DNA of 64,000 bases from Octopus bimaculoides. Lineage: Eukaryota. Positions within the stretch are counted from its first letter, which is position 1; the number at the start of each line of letters is the position of its first letter. Of this stretch, positions 25,509 through 39,816 are shown piece by piece. Position numbers and translations under genes: made by a program. The DNA lies in NCBI RefSeq assembly GCF_001194135.2, contig NC_068999.1, positions 50,984,727 to 51,048,726 on the forward strand, read 5' to 3'. A model generated the notes under the pieces. It was not told where the DNA came from and made no database searches. It saw nothing but the letters and a program-made list of their open reading frames with translations.

Positions 25509-25805
25509 TACGAGGAGGTATCCAAAAGTAACCGAATACGTTCTCTGTGGGAGAAGTCAGTTGTAGTACAAGCTTCCGCCGCTAGAAACCACGTGGTGCG
25601 ACCCTCAGGCAGAAGCCTACCGACCGACGTTCTGCTGCGGAGTCGTACTGTCACGTAGTGCGTCTTATTTTGTTTTTGCTGTGCTTTTCTCCTGTTCGTC
25701 AACTTTCGTGAAATTCTGTTTTTTGCTGGGGAAAAACGGCGACCGAAAGCTGCTTGTAAGCTGCTTCCAACAGGTTACAAGGACGCTGCCATGAAGAAAA
25801 CACAT
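25509..25805 (+). mobile_element. mariner-type transposon 5' end (TIR and N-terminal HTH remnant)
   Basis: TA-CGAGGAGGTATCCAAAAGTAACCG is a mariner-like TIR start. Downstream frameshifted reading VKFCFLLGK/TATE...GYKDAAMKKT resembles the mariner N-terminus. Confidence 0.7.
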
Positions 25806-26529
25806 TGCTATCGCCAAAAATCACTAAAATATGTATTGCACAAAGTTTCCCTTTACAATAAAACAAACATATCAGTCAGGGTTTACTACACATTTCATCT
25901 TAACAATGTTCTCTCCAGGATTGAACTGGCAACAAACTACAATAAAAGCAACTGAAAAGAAGCCAGTGAGTGGGGTGTTCAAGGAACTGAACCGTTCACG
26001 AGAATTTTGAAATGAATTTTAGAAACCGTCCATCATATAAAGGAAGAAAGGAATATAAAATCTCATAAATATATATAACCTTAGAAAATATCAAAATATT
26101 ACAAATGTGACAGCAACTTCCAGTCAGTTATGTATTGCAAGTGTCTCTGAAAATAAAATGATTGTTTATTTAATTTTATCGTATATATAAATGTAATTAG
26201 TGTTGTTTTATGTCTTTCATGTGAGCCTGTTATTGTCACAGTGTCTGTGACCAGAGAAACGTGAAAAATGATTATGCCCGTCAAAAATACTATTAAACGC
26301 TGTCCATCATTGGGAAAAGGCGACTTGCACTATTCAGCCTCACAAATTTCGAAGTGAATGTTTATCTACTGGAAGAATATATTCTTCAAAAAGAAACGAA
26401 CAAATGTATCAAAATATCTTGCTTAGTCTTTATCAGATTCAATAATTTATATACACGCTTTTTGCAAACACAAACATGCATACATACATACACATACATA
26501 CGCGCACACACGAATACTCACACGCAGAC

Positions 26530-26567
<38 letters not shown>

Positions 26568-26869
26568 AGAGAGGGAGAGAGAGAGAGAAAGAGAATAAGA
26601 AGACAAATAAAATAGATTAATACATCTTTAATGATTCGTTACAATTGATTCTGTACTGACTCTACTTCTGACGCCATCTTATGCAAAAATCCGAATTGAA
26701 AATTTACGTGATGTTTATGGTTTCAAATATTAGAGAGGAACTTCATCACATTCGCATCAAAGCTGTGCTGTAACATTGTGCGTCTTCCAGGCCTTAGGCT
26801 TGGCTTATATCGGGTGGGCACACTAGATATATAAATAAAACAAACTTAAAAACAAAAATATATACTGAT

Positions 26870-26871
26870 AC

Positions 26872-26931
<60 letters not shown>

Positions 26932-26953
26932 GTAGATAGATAGATAGATAGAT
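26870..26953. repeat. (GATA)n microsatellite
   Basis: Read directly. Confidence 0.95.
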
Positions 26954-29900
26954 GCGTGGCCTCATGATGATGTCATCATGCTTACAGACGTAATATAACG
27001 TACAGCTGTCTATCACTCGAGGTTTAAAATCCTTAAGGTGCAATTAGTTACATGCATACATGCGGATATCCACATGTAATTACACCTCTACGGAAAAAGA
27101 GACATACATACATAGACTCTGGTTCTCTACCCAGTTACAAGAATTCCCACTATATACCTCCCACCAATAAGAATATGTTCGCAATCAGAATGTACGAAAC
27201 CGTTAGTAATGTATTTAAATCTATCACTATATATGCAATATTTCATTGCTGCCCTAAATATGAGTTAGATTTGTTACGCTTCCGACACAAAAGATTGGTG
27301 ATATATAGAAATACAACTATTTATTTTTTTAAAAATAGACTTAAGTATGTTTTTTCTGTCGGTAATTTGACTTTTCAATTAATCAGTTTCAGTTAATTGT
27401 TCATGCTAATTTTATTGACTATGCATTATATGTGTGTTATGTAGCTTACGAACTATACTATAAATACACGATCGTCATTACTGTGAAGATCTGTGTGAAC
27501 AACATATCATATATATTCATTTTGGCATATACATTGTTCTTCAAATTTCATTTAATACGAAATTTTGTGCTTCTACTCTTCCGTCAAATTAAGTTGCTAC
27601 TTATCACATTCCGTGTAAAAGAAAGTATGTCCTGTCCTGTGTCAGTGTTTCTATTTAATATTTTTGATACGTGAACAATTGCAGTAGTAACTAGAAATCT
27701 TGATTGACATCTTACATGAAAAGATGGTGATTGTTTTCAACATTGAGAACTGTAGAATATTCGAGATTATAAAGGAAAGCAGTATGATGTATTGGCTTCA
27801 AATGTTTAACCACAGATACTTTCCGCTTCGGTCGAGATTTCCTCAACGTCCGCAACAAACACTTGTTGAGAAAAGTGAAGATGGATAAGTGAAGATGTGG
27901 ATAAATATGGCGAATGTGGTTCAAGTGAATGGGCTTAAACAGAGGCCGTGCCTATAAACGCATGATCACAACAGAGAGAAGGCACTATTCTGTGATTTAT
28001 AGGATTCTATGACTGCCTTCAAGGGTGACTATTCTGAGCTCGAGCCATTTTTTCAGCTTCTTTTTTTTCACTGCGTCTATTTTTTTCTTTTTCATTTTAT
28101 AGCTTAATCGCTTATATTCGCTGTGTATAAAAATTATATTTGGCGGAATACTGCTTCAATCATGCCATATGACCCCTCATAACCGATTAATTTTTTTGAA
28201 TTGTCAGAAAAGTTTTGCGAATTTATGTTCTACACAAGTGAATTCATACGATTAGGCAAAAATTAAAAAGCTATACTTGGTACGTGATTTAAGGGTTATT
28301 TAGCTGTTATTTCTACCACATCTCATGACCACCTCATACCCTCGTTTGTGTTTGTCAATCTGACATATTGACGTGTTTCAATATCTTTCTGCCCATAAAC
28401 ACATTTAATGGTCTATTGCTGGGATTTAAGCCAAAATTTCAGTCTGTCCATATTTTTAACTGCGGTTTAATAAAAAGAGAAATTAATTTCGTAAAATTGA
28501 ATTTTTTTTTCGTGGCCATGTTAATTCCTGTGTGTAGAATATAAACACGCAAAAATTTTTTACAAATTCCAAATAGCAAAAAAAATTCCGTCTTATATTT
28601 ATGGGGACGGTGCTTATGCGATATATGACAGAAAAGGCAGCACAAAGAACATTGAAGCAAACAAGCTCATGTGGTTGTGAAGTATGAAAACGAGAATAGT
28701 ACGAACGAAAGGAAAAAAGCGAAAAACAGAAACATATAAATTATTTTTCCTGAATAATAGTATCCAGTAATAACGTTGCTTTATGAAGAACAAAAACAAC
28801 GAATAATAGTATTACATGAAGGATCATGATGTATACACATATACGTATTTTATAAATTTAGCTTCAAGTTTGAATCCTTAATCTATTTCAATGTGTACAT
28901 TACAAACGTTTATACTGATGGTCGTTTAAACATAGCAAGGAAACACGAGAAAAATACACATTGACACATCATAAATCATTCTAGAACCAAATAGGATCAA
29001 TTAAAAGCAAAATATAAAATATCAAACAATACAGATACATATATATACGTAGAGATAACGATATGATTCAATAATTTAAGATTGGTATCAGTATTTTGGC
29101 ATTGATGTATACGGAATATACGAAAGTGAAATCCGTCACAAAAATACTGTATCGGCAGAAATAAATGTACGGGTGCATTATGAAAATCATCGAAATGAAC
29201 TGGATATAGACCATTGCCACCAACAAAAGAATACAGTTAAAGTCAAGATATGCACAATTTTATAAAAAAAAAACGTACACACATATGAAATCAGTATGCA
29301 AACACACGCACACACACACACACAGGTATTTCTATACATATACGAATATATATGCCTATACATATTTGTTCTAATAGACCAGGCATGGTTATTGTAGGGG
29401 TGAATATTAAGTGTTCTTATTTGTATTTTCTCTGCTTTCATTTGTTTTACTACTCTAAATGCTTTCTCTTATTTGTAAAAGTTATTTCCTTTGAACCTAG
29501 TAATATTCTGCGAATATATATTTGGAGGTATCTCCGTACATATGGATTATGAATATGAAAAGTGTTGGTAAATGATATTGTCAATATACTCAGGAATCCC
29601 TCGTAAATCTAAATCTAATTTTGTAATACCTCAATATTTTAAATATGAATTTAAATGAAGAACGCTCTAGTATTAACTATTATTTACTTAGTATAACACC
29701 AGGATAATTTTTATGTTAAAGTAACGGTATGATTTACACTACCATTTGAGTTTTATTTTAACACATCCAGGGGGAAATCATACAAGAATCGCTCACAAAT
29801 CTGCTTTAGTCCAAAGTACTTACCAATTTGTCACACTCCACACGTTAGCAGAATATTTCTAGCATTTCTGAAAACTGTATGCAAGTTCTTCATTGATTCG

Positions 29901-30082
29901 CCAAAAGAGTGCCTTTAACATCAATGCAAACGATATGTGTACATACATGTGTATGTATGTATGTATGTATGTATGTATGTATGTATGTATGTATGTATGC
30001 ATGTATGTATGTATGTATGTATGTATGTACGTATGTATGTATGTAGGTATGTATGCACGTATGAGTGAATGTACACATGTAC

Positions 30083-30128
<46 letters not shown>

Positions 30129-30689
30129 GCATACATACATACAAATGCACTGGCATACACATACACAAACACAAACGGTCGCGCGTACACACATGCACAC
30201 ACACGGAAACACACAAACACACACACACGCACGCACCCCTACACACATATGTATAAATTCAATTGCAATGGCGCAGATGGGAAGTTGTGGAAATGTTATT
30301 TCCGTATTTTTTATACGGTTCAATTCCGTCTCATAAATAGAATGTAGTTCATAAAATATCCAAATTATCGGTTTTTGTATTGTTTTAATTTATTTATTCA
30401 TCGTTATCATACAGTAAAAGTTTCTTTTATAAAATGTAATAGATTATTTAAGATTCGAGAGATGTGTCAGTATAACTTGATAAATTAATACAAAAAAAAA
30501 CCACATACAAAAATAACAAATTTCAAGATAAACACACACGCAAACAATACGTATATAAAGACACGTACGATTATGAAGCTACTTACAGGCGTATACACAT
30601 GTCTATTTGTATACTATTGTTCAATACTTGTGTATATGTCTACGTGTATACATATGTACATACATGCATAATACATACATAAAAACATA

Positions 30690-30729
<40 letters not shown>

Positions 30730-30733
30730 AATA

Positions 30734-30778
<45 letters not shown>

Positions 30779-33700
30779 ATGTATATATGTAAATATTCAC
30801 TCACTTATCTATACATACATTGATAGATTGATTGCTTATACTCGTGTATAAACTATTGTATTTACATACGCATTCACACGAGTACGAGTGTATCATACAC
30901 TAGTACCTCACACTAATTCCTTTATTTTCTTTACCTGACTCTCCAACCTCCGTTTTTAAATAGACGTACATCTATATATGTCTATGTACCTATCTGCATT
31001 CAAACACACACGCAGACACACATATATACGTGTTCGTATATATGTATGAATACACGCACAGATAGATGGAGAGAGAGAGGGAGTGTGTGGTGTAAAATAT
31101 AGATAAATATTCCTGACTGTGTGTTGTACATGTATATAACTGTTGCTTTAAGGGAAGAGGTGAATATTTTATGCTCAGGGAGAAAAAGTGAGAGAGAAAG
31201 AGATAGGCAGAGAGTGTCTGTGTGCGTATATATGAGAATATGAGCGAGGAAAATAGAGACTCAGAAAATGAAAGAAGCGAGTGTCAGAGCTTCAGAGCGA
31301 GAGATAAAGATAAAGAGAGAGAATAGGAGAGGGTGGCAGAGAGAGTAAAATTTGAAATATATTTACACATTCACTATTATTATCTATTATTTACTTTCTG
31401 GTATAGGAATGAAATATTTCTGGTAATTTAAACAATAATAAGTGTACTTATCTATCATTTTGTAATGTTTTCTTGTTTTTTGTTTTTCTGTTTGGTTTTT
31501 GAAAGTGGAAAGGAAGAAAGATTTATGATAAGATCTATCAATACCAGTGTACGCCAGTAAAATATTGATAATAATAATGAAAAAAACAAATTTTGATAAA
31601 GCTATCAGCGCGCAACAGTAAGTATAATAATAGCAAAAATACAACACCGAAATTAGCAATAATAATAGTTTGAACAAAAAAAACACCGTTTTCATTATCA
31701 ATGATATACTAATGCCTATGAAAGTCTGAAAGTGGAAAAAATGAACGATAAAAGACATTGCCACTATAGCAAAATTCAGATTAGTGATTGAAAAGATCGT
31801 CTTTTGTCTTTATTGTTATTCGATAAGAGTTCATTCCAACATCACTCTTTCTAATTGATTTTTGTTTTTCAGAATTTCTGGATGTGTATATGAGTGTGTT
31901 TATACAAGTAATCAGTTGTTTGTATGTTTGTTGGACTGTGTATGTGTATGTGTGAGTGAGTGATGGAGAGAGTGAGTGACTGAGTGAGTGAGTGAGTGAG
32001 TGAGTGTGTTTGTTTGTGTACAATTATCTGCTTGGTGGATTTTTCAAAATGAATCAGTAGACTGTTTTTGTCGTTTTTCCTTAAAGTAATTTTCTACATT
32101 TCACACGAGAGATTCGCCATGATATCGAAATAGCGAACAAAGATACTGCGTCATTTCATTCTCTTATTATTTTCTTGCCATTGTTCAATGCAAAATTCAG
32201 AGGTATTAACTTTACGGTTTGTCGTTTTTGATGTTATCGATGTTGTTGTCACTGTTGTCGTTGCTTTTGTTAATACTCAGTTGAGTTGTAATTGAGAGGA
32301 TTCATGAGTAAATACGTCCCACCAATGATTTTCTTATCATTCATTCGGATCGAGGATTTAGATACCTTCATTAACTAGCATGATTTTCGTTAAACTTTAC
32401 AGCCTCCGTCAACTCCCCGAATGTGTATATGATGTAATTTCAATTCTTTTATCTATTCACCCTGTATCAAATCCACAAGGATTATTCCTTGATATCAATC
32501 AACAGGCACGCGCACCGACTCTGAAGACGGTCATGCGATCTGCAAGAAATCGGAAACATATCTCTTTCATAACACACCACAATATCGTCAGGAAGGAAGA
32601 TACAGTGAATAAATTATATAACGATATATAATGTATGAAAAGAAAGCTGTTGGATCATACCGACTCTAGTATGATCCGACACTGTTGATATGTGCAGGCC
32701 TACACAAGACTGTCTGAGGAAACCAATGCAAGTAAGATTGCTTTGTCTGTGACACTAATGTTCATACGAAGGAAATATGAATACAGATTAGAACCAGTGT
32801 CGCCACGGGTGTGCCTATTGAAAGCACAGAATCGAAAGTACAAGGCATCTTACTTGAAGCTTTAACAGTTCCACTAATTCCTTGTCCTTGGCTGACAGTT
32901 TTATGTCGTTCCGAATCGATAAATTATACCGTTGACTTCCATGGTATTTGAAATCAGTAAGGAGAAGATAGGAACAAATACTACGAGGTATTTTAACTTC
33001 TCTCTAAGAAGCCTGTCTTTCCACCAACATATGTAGTAAAAAGTCGTCTAATTGTTATTGTCTTTAATTACTTAATTATTCGTAAAATGGCTGATGTGAA
33101 GCTTAAAGACAACAGCAGCAAATGTAGTTTATTCAGAATGACGCAATGAATCTGGAACATTACTTTGATCTATAGACAACGTTTCTCTTGGTGATAGGAT
33201 TAATAGAGAAGGATTATTTGAGCGTCTCGTTATATTTGTAAGTTTGAACAATCACCTCCAAGTAACATATGATGCAAAATGGATAGTGTACTGGTTAATA
33301 TGAAGTGTCGAAGAAAATGATTTATTTATTAGAATCTATATCAAGCAAAAGGGACGGAAACCGAACTCAAAGAGATTAATGTTTCCCAATTAACAGTTTC
33401 AGATTACCCGTCCAATAAATTCACAGTTGAGATATTTCTAAATGAGAGAATATTCTTAAGAGAGATTATTGCTACTTTTGTGGTTATCTTTGCTACGTGC
33501 CTCCAAAAAGCTCCGGACCAAGTACATCTAGTGTCGCAGTCATCTTGCAGTGAATATGCTGTCTTATTTAGTCATCTGTTTTACGTGTAATCCAATTTTT
33601 TGAAAACAAAAGGAGTATGTATTAATGTGAGAAGCATATGACCTCTGCTTCTTATAACCATAATTTTGGTAGCCTTTCCAATACGATTCAGTATATCAAT

Positions 33701-34518
33701 TATGAAGACATGTAGATTTGCTTTGTAATATCTTACTATTAACTATTAATAGGAATTGTGACTAGTCGACGTTTCATTTCCGATGGAGGAAAGCTAACAT
33801 GACAGTCCGAGGTACTCATGGCGACCACTGCAACATATATATATATATATATATATATTACTAATTATAGCCCTTCACTAAAATTAGATTTTTACAGATA
33901 ATTGGAAAAATAATGAAGATACTATTTATACTATCGTATGTGCATTATATATTATCGTATGTGAAAAGATGTAATACACTTTATAATATTGCCTGGTTGC
34001 ATGATCCTGATCATTTGTCTATACCTTCAAGCTCGACAGCGACGGTATCAATTCCATATGCGTGTTTGTGGGTATGTCAATGAGTGTGTATGGTGTGTTT
34101 ATGTGGCGTGTGTGTGTGTGTTGTTTTAGTATGTATGCACATATGTGTGTGTGATGTATGTATATATTAAGTTATAAGATTGATTAGTCTTTTTTAAAAC
34201 TTATATATAAATGGTTTTCGTGATGAAATTCAGAGTAAATAACGCCATATCGTTTTCAAAGAAGATATGAGAACGAGTCCCAGAGGCAGCTGTCGACTGT
34301 TTTTTATCCGAGGTTTGTTTTGGCGCATTGTTATAACTGCTGCGTTTTGTGAATTTGTCCACTTGGAGTTCCCCAATTAAAACGAAATACACACACAAGC
34401 GCGCACGAGCATACAGACACACGCACGCACGCGCACGCACACAAAACACACACACACACAAGCACACACACACATACACACATATACTATACTATAATAA
34501 ATATGCAGTTCTAGTATA

Positions 34519-35340
34519 TCTTGTCTTCGCTTCGCTGACGAAGATTAGGAAGGTTGTTGTTGACGTCGTTGGTACACTCGTTCGTGGGTGATAAGGCCGA
34601 TGCGGGATCGATGTATGCAACTGCAGTGATGAAAAGGGTATGGTTGTTCAGGGTCTGATGATGCAGTTCCATTGTTTTTTCGCTTCTGACGTTTGTCTTC
34701 AAGAGAAGCACTGCGAGAAATCTCAAAGGAGGAAACAACATCGGTGACGGTATAGCGCCAAGCGAAGCGGTCAGCTGTCAGAGTGGACTACACACGATAA
34801 TCAATGACACAAACACTAAGGGGTCTCCAGTTGCGGTGGCCGGTGGTGAGTTCACCGTATACGATGATCTAAGGTAGGCGGTGGTCTTTCGTCCTGGCAA
34901 CGTGCCCTGCACATCGCAGTCGTGTCTTAAGTAAAATGGCTTCGAGGCTGGTGACTTTTGCTCGCTCGGGCATCTCAATGGTGGTGATGTAGTGACTCCA
35001 GTAAATGAAGCGTTGGTGAAAACCTACGAAGTGTCTGAGATGATAGCTGTAGGGAACCCAGGACTCAGAGTCATATAGGAGTGCCGTGAGATGAGCCTGT
35101 AGACGCTCATATCTGTGGTGATCTTAAGATGCTTGTTGTACACGCGCTTGTACAGTGTGCCAAATGATTTCGTTGTCTGTTGTCAATTTCTTTGTCGATA
35201 CTCGCATCTGATGAGATGGTACATAAGTAAACTGCTTTATCACGTTTCGAGAATGGCGTCCCTTCAGAGAGAGATATTATATTTTCAGTTGTTCCCATAG
35301 GATTTCTGGAGAAGGATCTGAGCACGTGTCTATTGAGCTG
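34519..35340 (-). mobile_element. RTE-clade LINE remnant (RT C-terminus, C-terminal domain and 3' end), internally deleted
   Basis: Minus-strand translation gives CTISSDASIDKEIDNR, then ERAKVTSLEAILLKTRLRCAGHVARTKDHRLP*IIVYGELTTGHR and LEDKRQKRK, all typical of the RTE ORF end (LRWAGHV.RM.D.RLPK...YGEL). GC content is elevated. The 3' end reads AATCTTCGTCAGCGAAGCGAAGACAAGA. Confidence 0.9.
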
Positions 35341-35529
35341 GAGAAACCCTATTTAGATTCTTTTCGATAAATCTATTTTATGCTGGCCCTTTATACACGG
35401 ATTTATGTCTTAATCGCAGCGCCAGGAATCCTAGTTTGTTTTTCATGCATTTTTATGTAATAGGCGGAATTTGAATTCACAATTCGTGGAGACAGAAAAC
35501 ATATATTGCAAGTCGTCCGATTCCATAAT

Positions 35530-35630
35530 GTTATATCTTCACCAATTCATCGCCATCGATTGGTACTTTTTCATCGACCATGAAAGGATGATACCTAAAA
35601 TTGACCGCATTGAGATTTCATATTAAGAAG
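35530..35630 (-). mobile_element. Degenerate family B SINE fragment
   Basis: TGGTACTTTTTCATCGACCATGAAAGGATGATACCTAAAATTGACC matches the reverse complement of the family B body. Confidence 0.6.
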
Positions 35631-35881
35631 GATGAAATCAAAATAAATACCGCGAGGCATTTTGTTTGAACAGCTAATGGCTCTGCTAATTCGACAATGT
35701 AAATAAATATTTCAGCTTTCTATGATGAAAGTTTCTGCCCCACATGTTGCCCCACACATTGGCTCGGTACCACAAATTAATATAATCTGCTTCTGTAGGG
35801 TCCCTCTGTCTACACTTTGCCGATAAAGAATTACTAGTTTCACCGGAGTCAAGAGCAAAACATTGTTAATAATGGATTTAA

Positions 35882-36085
35882 GGCTGCGTGCAGGCAGAAT
35901 TGTTAGCACGCTGGGCAAAATGCTTATCTTAATTTCGTCACTCTTTACGTTCTGTGTTCAAATTCCACTGAGGTCGACTTTGCGTTTTATCCTTTCGGGG
36001 TCGATAAAATGAATATCAGTTGAAGACTGGATTCAGTTTAATCATCTTATCTCTCCCCAGGCAGTCGCTAGCGCTATGCCAAAAT
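35882..36085 (+). mobile_element. Family B SINE
   Basis: GGCAGAATTGTTAGCACGCTGGGCAAAATGC...GTTCAAATTCCACTGAGGTCGACTTTGCGTTTTATCCTTTCGGGGTCGATAAAAT. Confidence 0.85.
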
Positions 36086-36831
36086 AACAGATCTTCTGCC
36101 AGTTACGACGACTCAGTGAGAACCGATTTTTCCACATCCCTGTAAATAGAGAAACGCATTTAATCCGTTGAAAGATAAAAGAAAATGTATGACATGCTCA
36201 ATCTTATACCATATTGCTACTCACACTAATTATTAGACAATTACTGCTTAATATCATTTTTTATAAGAAAAATACATATCAATTTAAAATTTTGAGAAAT
36301 AGAATGATAATAAAATGAAAATGTCAAAAAAAATCAATAATGATTTTAAAAATTAAATTGAAATATTTTTGAAAAATCTTCTTATAACAACATAGACGGA
36401 AATTGGTGATTAAGATAATCTTTGTGTATATTGTTTTCTTTTATAAGATTTTAATGTATAATTCTATTATAATTATCTATGAATCTCTACTTGTTGCTTG
36501 CTAAAGGCTATAATATAACATCTGCTCTGTAATAGGGGAAAAAATGCTGAAGCAAACATCACTGATTTATATTGTATTGTGGAATGTCTTCAAGATATTT
36601 TATATTTATTTAGTTAAAAAATATATAGTCATCACACTACTTCAAACCTGCTGGGAAGAACACTATAACATAGCAAAATATATTCTTTTGTTCGACATTT
36701 CAATTACAAATATTCGAATGTAAAGTGCTTCCTCCATTTATTAAATTCAAGTCACGTACAGATCTCGATTTTTGTGTCTATCTGTCTCGGCTGTCTGCGT
36801 AATAGACGTTCAATGTCGGGTAGTGTGTGTG

Positions 36832-36876
<45 letters not shown>

Positions 36877-36921
36877 ATGTGTGTGTGTGTGTGCGTGTGT
36901 GTGTGTGTGTGTGTTTGTGTA

Positions 36922-36970
<49 letters not shown>

Positions 36971-37634
36971 GCATATAGAGATACACATATACATACATAT
37001 ATGTAATATGCATACGCACACAGATATATACTGTATGGACGTGTGTATTACGTTTATCTACGTATCCTATCCATTTTTGGGGCGTTATTTGTTTTTTTAA
37101 TTTTTGTTAGCTTAATTCTTTTTATTAGTAAATAATTCAATTAGATTTGTCTGATTATTTTTCAAATTACATTATCCATTACGAAAAGTCAAAACAACAA
37201 AAGAATATAAACAGACATGTATGTGTACATGTCTATCTAAGAATCTCGATACATATGTGCATCTATGTATATTTTGACAAATATATATATATATGTGTGT
37301 GAGTGTCTACCGATATATANNNNNNNNNNNNNNNNNNNNNNNNNNNNNNNNNNNNNNNNNNNNNNNNNNNNNNNNNNNNNNNNNNNNNNNNNNNNNNNNN
37401 NNNNNNNNNNNNNNNNNNNNNNNNNNNNNNNNNNNNNNNNNNNNNNNNNNNNNNNNNNNNNNNNNNNNNNNNNNNNNNNNNNNNNNNNNNNNNNNNNNNN
37501 NNNNNNNNNNNNNNNNNNNNNNNNNNNNNNNNNNNNNNNNNNNNNNNNNNNNNNNNNNNNNNNNNNNNNNNNNNNNNNNNNNNNNNNNNNNNNNNNNNNN
37601 NNNNNNNNNNNNNNNNNNNNNNNNNNNNNNNNNN

Positions 37635-37697
<63 letters not shown>

Positions 37698-38270
37698 TAC
37701 ATACATAGATAGACACGTACATACAGTATACATATATATACAAATATACATACATATATATTAGTGTGTGTGTATGTATGTATGTATGTATGCATATATA
37801 CATATACGTACGTATCTATAGCATCCAATGAAGATAGAGATGCAAGAACAATCTAATTAGTGTTGGAAGACGGAAAGTTAAAAACCGGTAAAATGACAAA
37901 CTTGTCAAAATAAACCGTCAATGAACGGAGTGAAAATTCGAGAAACCTGTCCAACTTTTATTGAATTAATCAATTAGAGTAAGTAGTAATTGTAGTTGAT
38001 AAATCTATATTTGTCTTTTTTGTGTTTTCGTTTGATATTTTTTGCTTTGAATATTTGTCTTTCTTTCTCTCTTCTTCTGTCTTTCTTTCTTTTTTTTCTC
38101 TATATCTGTATGTATGTATTCATTTATTTATTACAATAGACTATATATTGTGTACGTAAATATTTGGCAGTCATTTTCTCTTACACTGTGTCCCTGTATA
38201 TACGTATATGAACACAAACACGTTCATTCACACAGAAACACACACACAAACTCACACAAACACACACACA

Positions 38271-38350
<80 letters not shown>

Positions 38351-38435
38351 ACATACACAAATGCACACACAAACACACACACGCATGTAGGAATAGTAGA
38401 TCTCGAAGCACACACATTAGGTTATAGATAATAGC

Positions 38436-38530
38436 ATATAAATATCGGTTTAAAAAACATTCTGAATAGAAAAGTCGAAGTCAGCCATCGTATAATTCCA
38501 TCCAAAATGTTTTTAAACCGATATTTACAT
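38436..38530. repeat. Small inverted repeat (about 25-bp arms, about 45-bp spacer)
   Basis: TAAATATCGGTTTAAAAAACATT ... AATGTTTTTAAACCGATATTTA. Confidence 0.8.
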
Positions 38531-39745
38531 ACTGATATTTACAGCTTCATGTGTAGGCTTCAAGATATTCTCTTCCAACAGGAAACATTCCACCTTGTTC
38601 TTGAATGTTTATAAAATTCTTATAACGTCAACAACAACATTCACACACACACACACATACATGCACAAGAGCGTATACGAACACGCACGCAAGCGTGCAC
38701 AAACGTGCTTCTGCACACTCATACACGTACACGCATGTATATATGAAGGAATTATATATTTGTATAAAGGAAAGACTTCGGATAGACAAGTATATTGATA
38801 CATACATACACAAATTCATATCATATTTACTTAAAACGTAGTTCAATGTCTCAACTAAGTGTGAGTGTGTGTGTGTGTGTGTGCACGCGCGTCTGTTGTA
38901 CATGTGAATATATGTGTATGCTTGAGCGCATATATTTTTATGCATGAACGTGCATATGATTCTATATGCATATAAACATATTTATAAACATGTTTATATA
39001 TCTTACACACACACACACACACACGCACAAACACGTACACACATACAGACACACACACACACACACACACATATGTATATATATATATAGCTCGAGAAAG
39101 TGAGTGAGAGACAGAAATGAGAAAGAGTCGAGTCACATAATTCCAATATGTTGGTCGAATGCACTTTGTTATATTATGCGATATATAATTTGTATAAATA
39201 GATTAATTCCTCGATTGGTAATATTTCCGTTTCATACTAAAATCTGACGCTCCAATTCCGTGTTGATACATTTTGTAAATGTATTATACATTTTGTAAAT
39301 GTATTATACATTTTGAGATGTGTGTGTGCGCGTGTGTGTGAGAGCGCGCATATGGTATAAAGGCACATATCCTCATTCACGTATATGCGTTTGCTTATAA
39401 GTAAAGATGTTGTCCATATCCATGTAGATTTATGTAGATATGGTATCGACATGCGAGACACTAATAAAATATACAGATAATTACAAAGACATACACAATC
39501 AACAGCAGATACCCAAAACAAGCGCACACACATGTCACTGTGTGCATTATACCCACCAGAGTTACTCTTTAATAAGGCACAAATTTTTGCTTTATTAACG
39601 ACATTAAATTTGTTCTAATATTGTAATAGCATGCTCTTTTTACTTCAAAATTCAAGAATGATTGGCAGTGTGATATGCAAAGTGTTTTATAGCACTCATA
39701 CAGAGACACACAGTCTTACACAGATATGCACACATGCAAACACAC

Positions 39746-39816
<71 letters not shown>

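Noticed and set aside
27700-27850. Possible L2/CR1-type 3' ORF relic (FNHRYFPLRSRF)
   Set aside because: A single weak motif with no supporting context.
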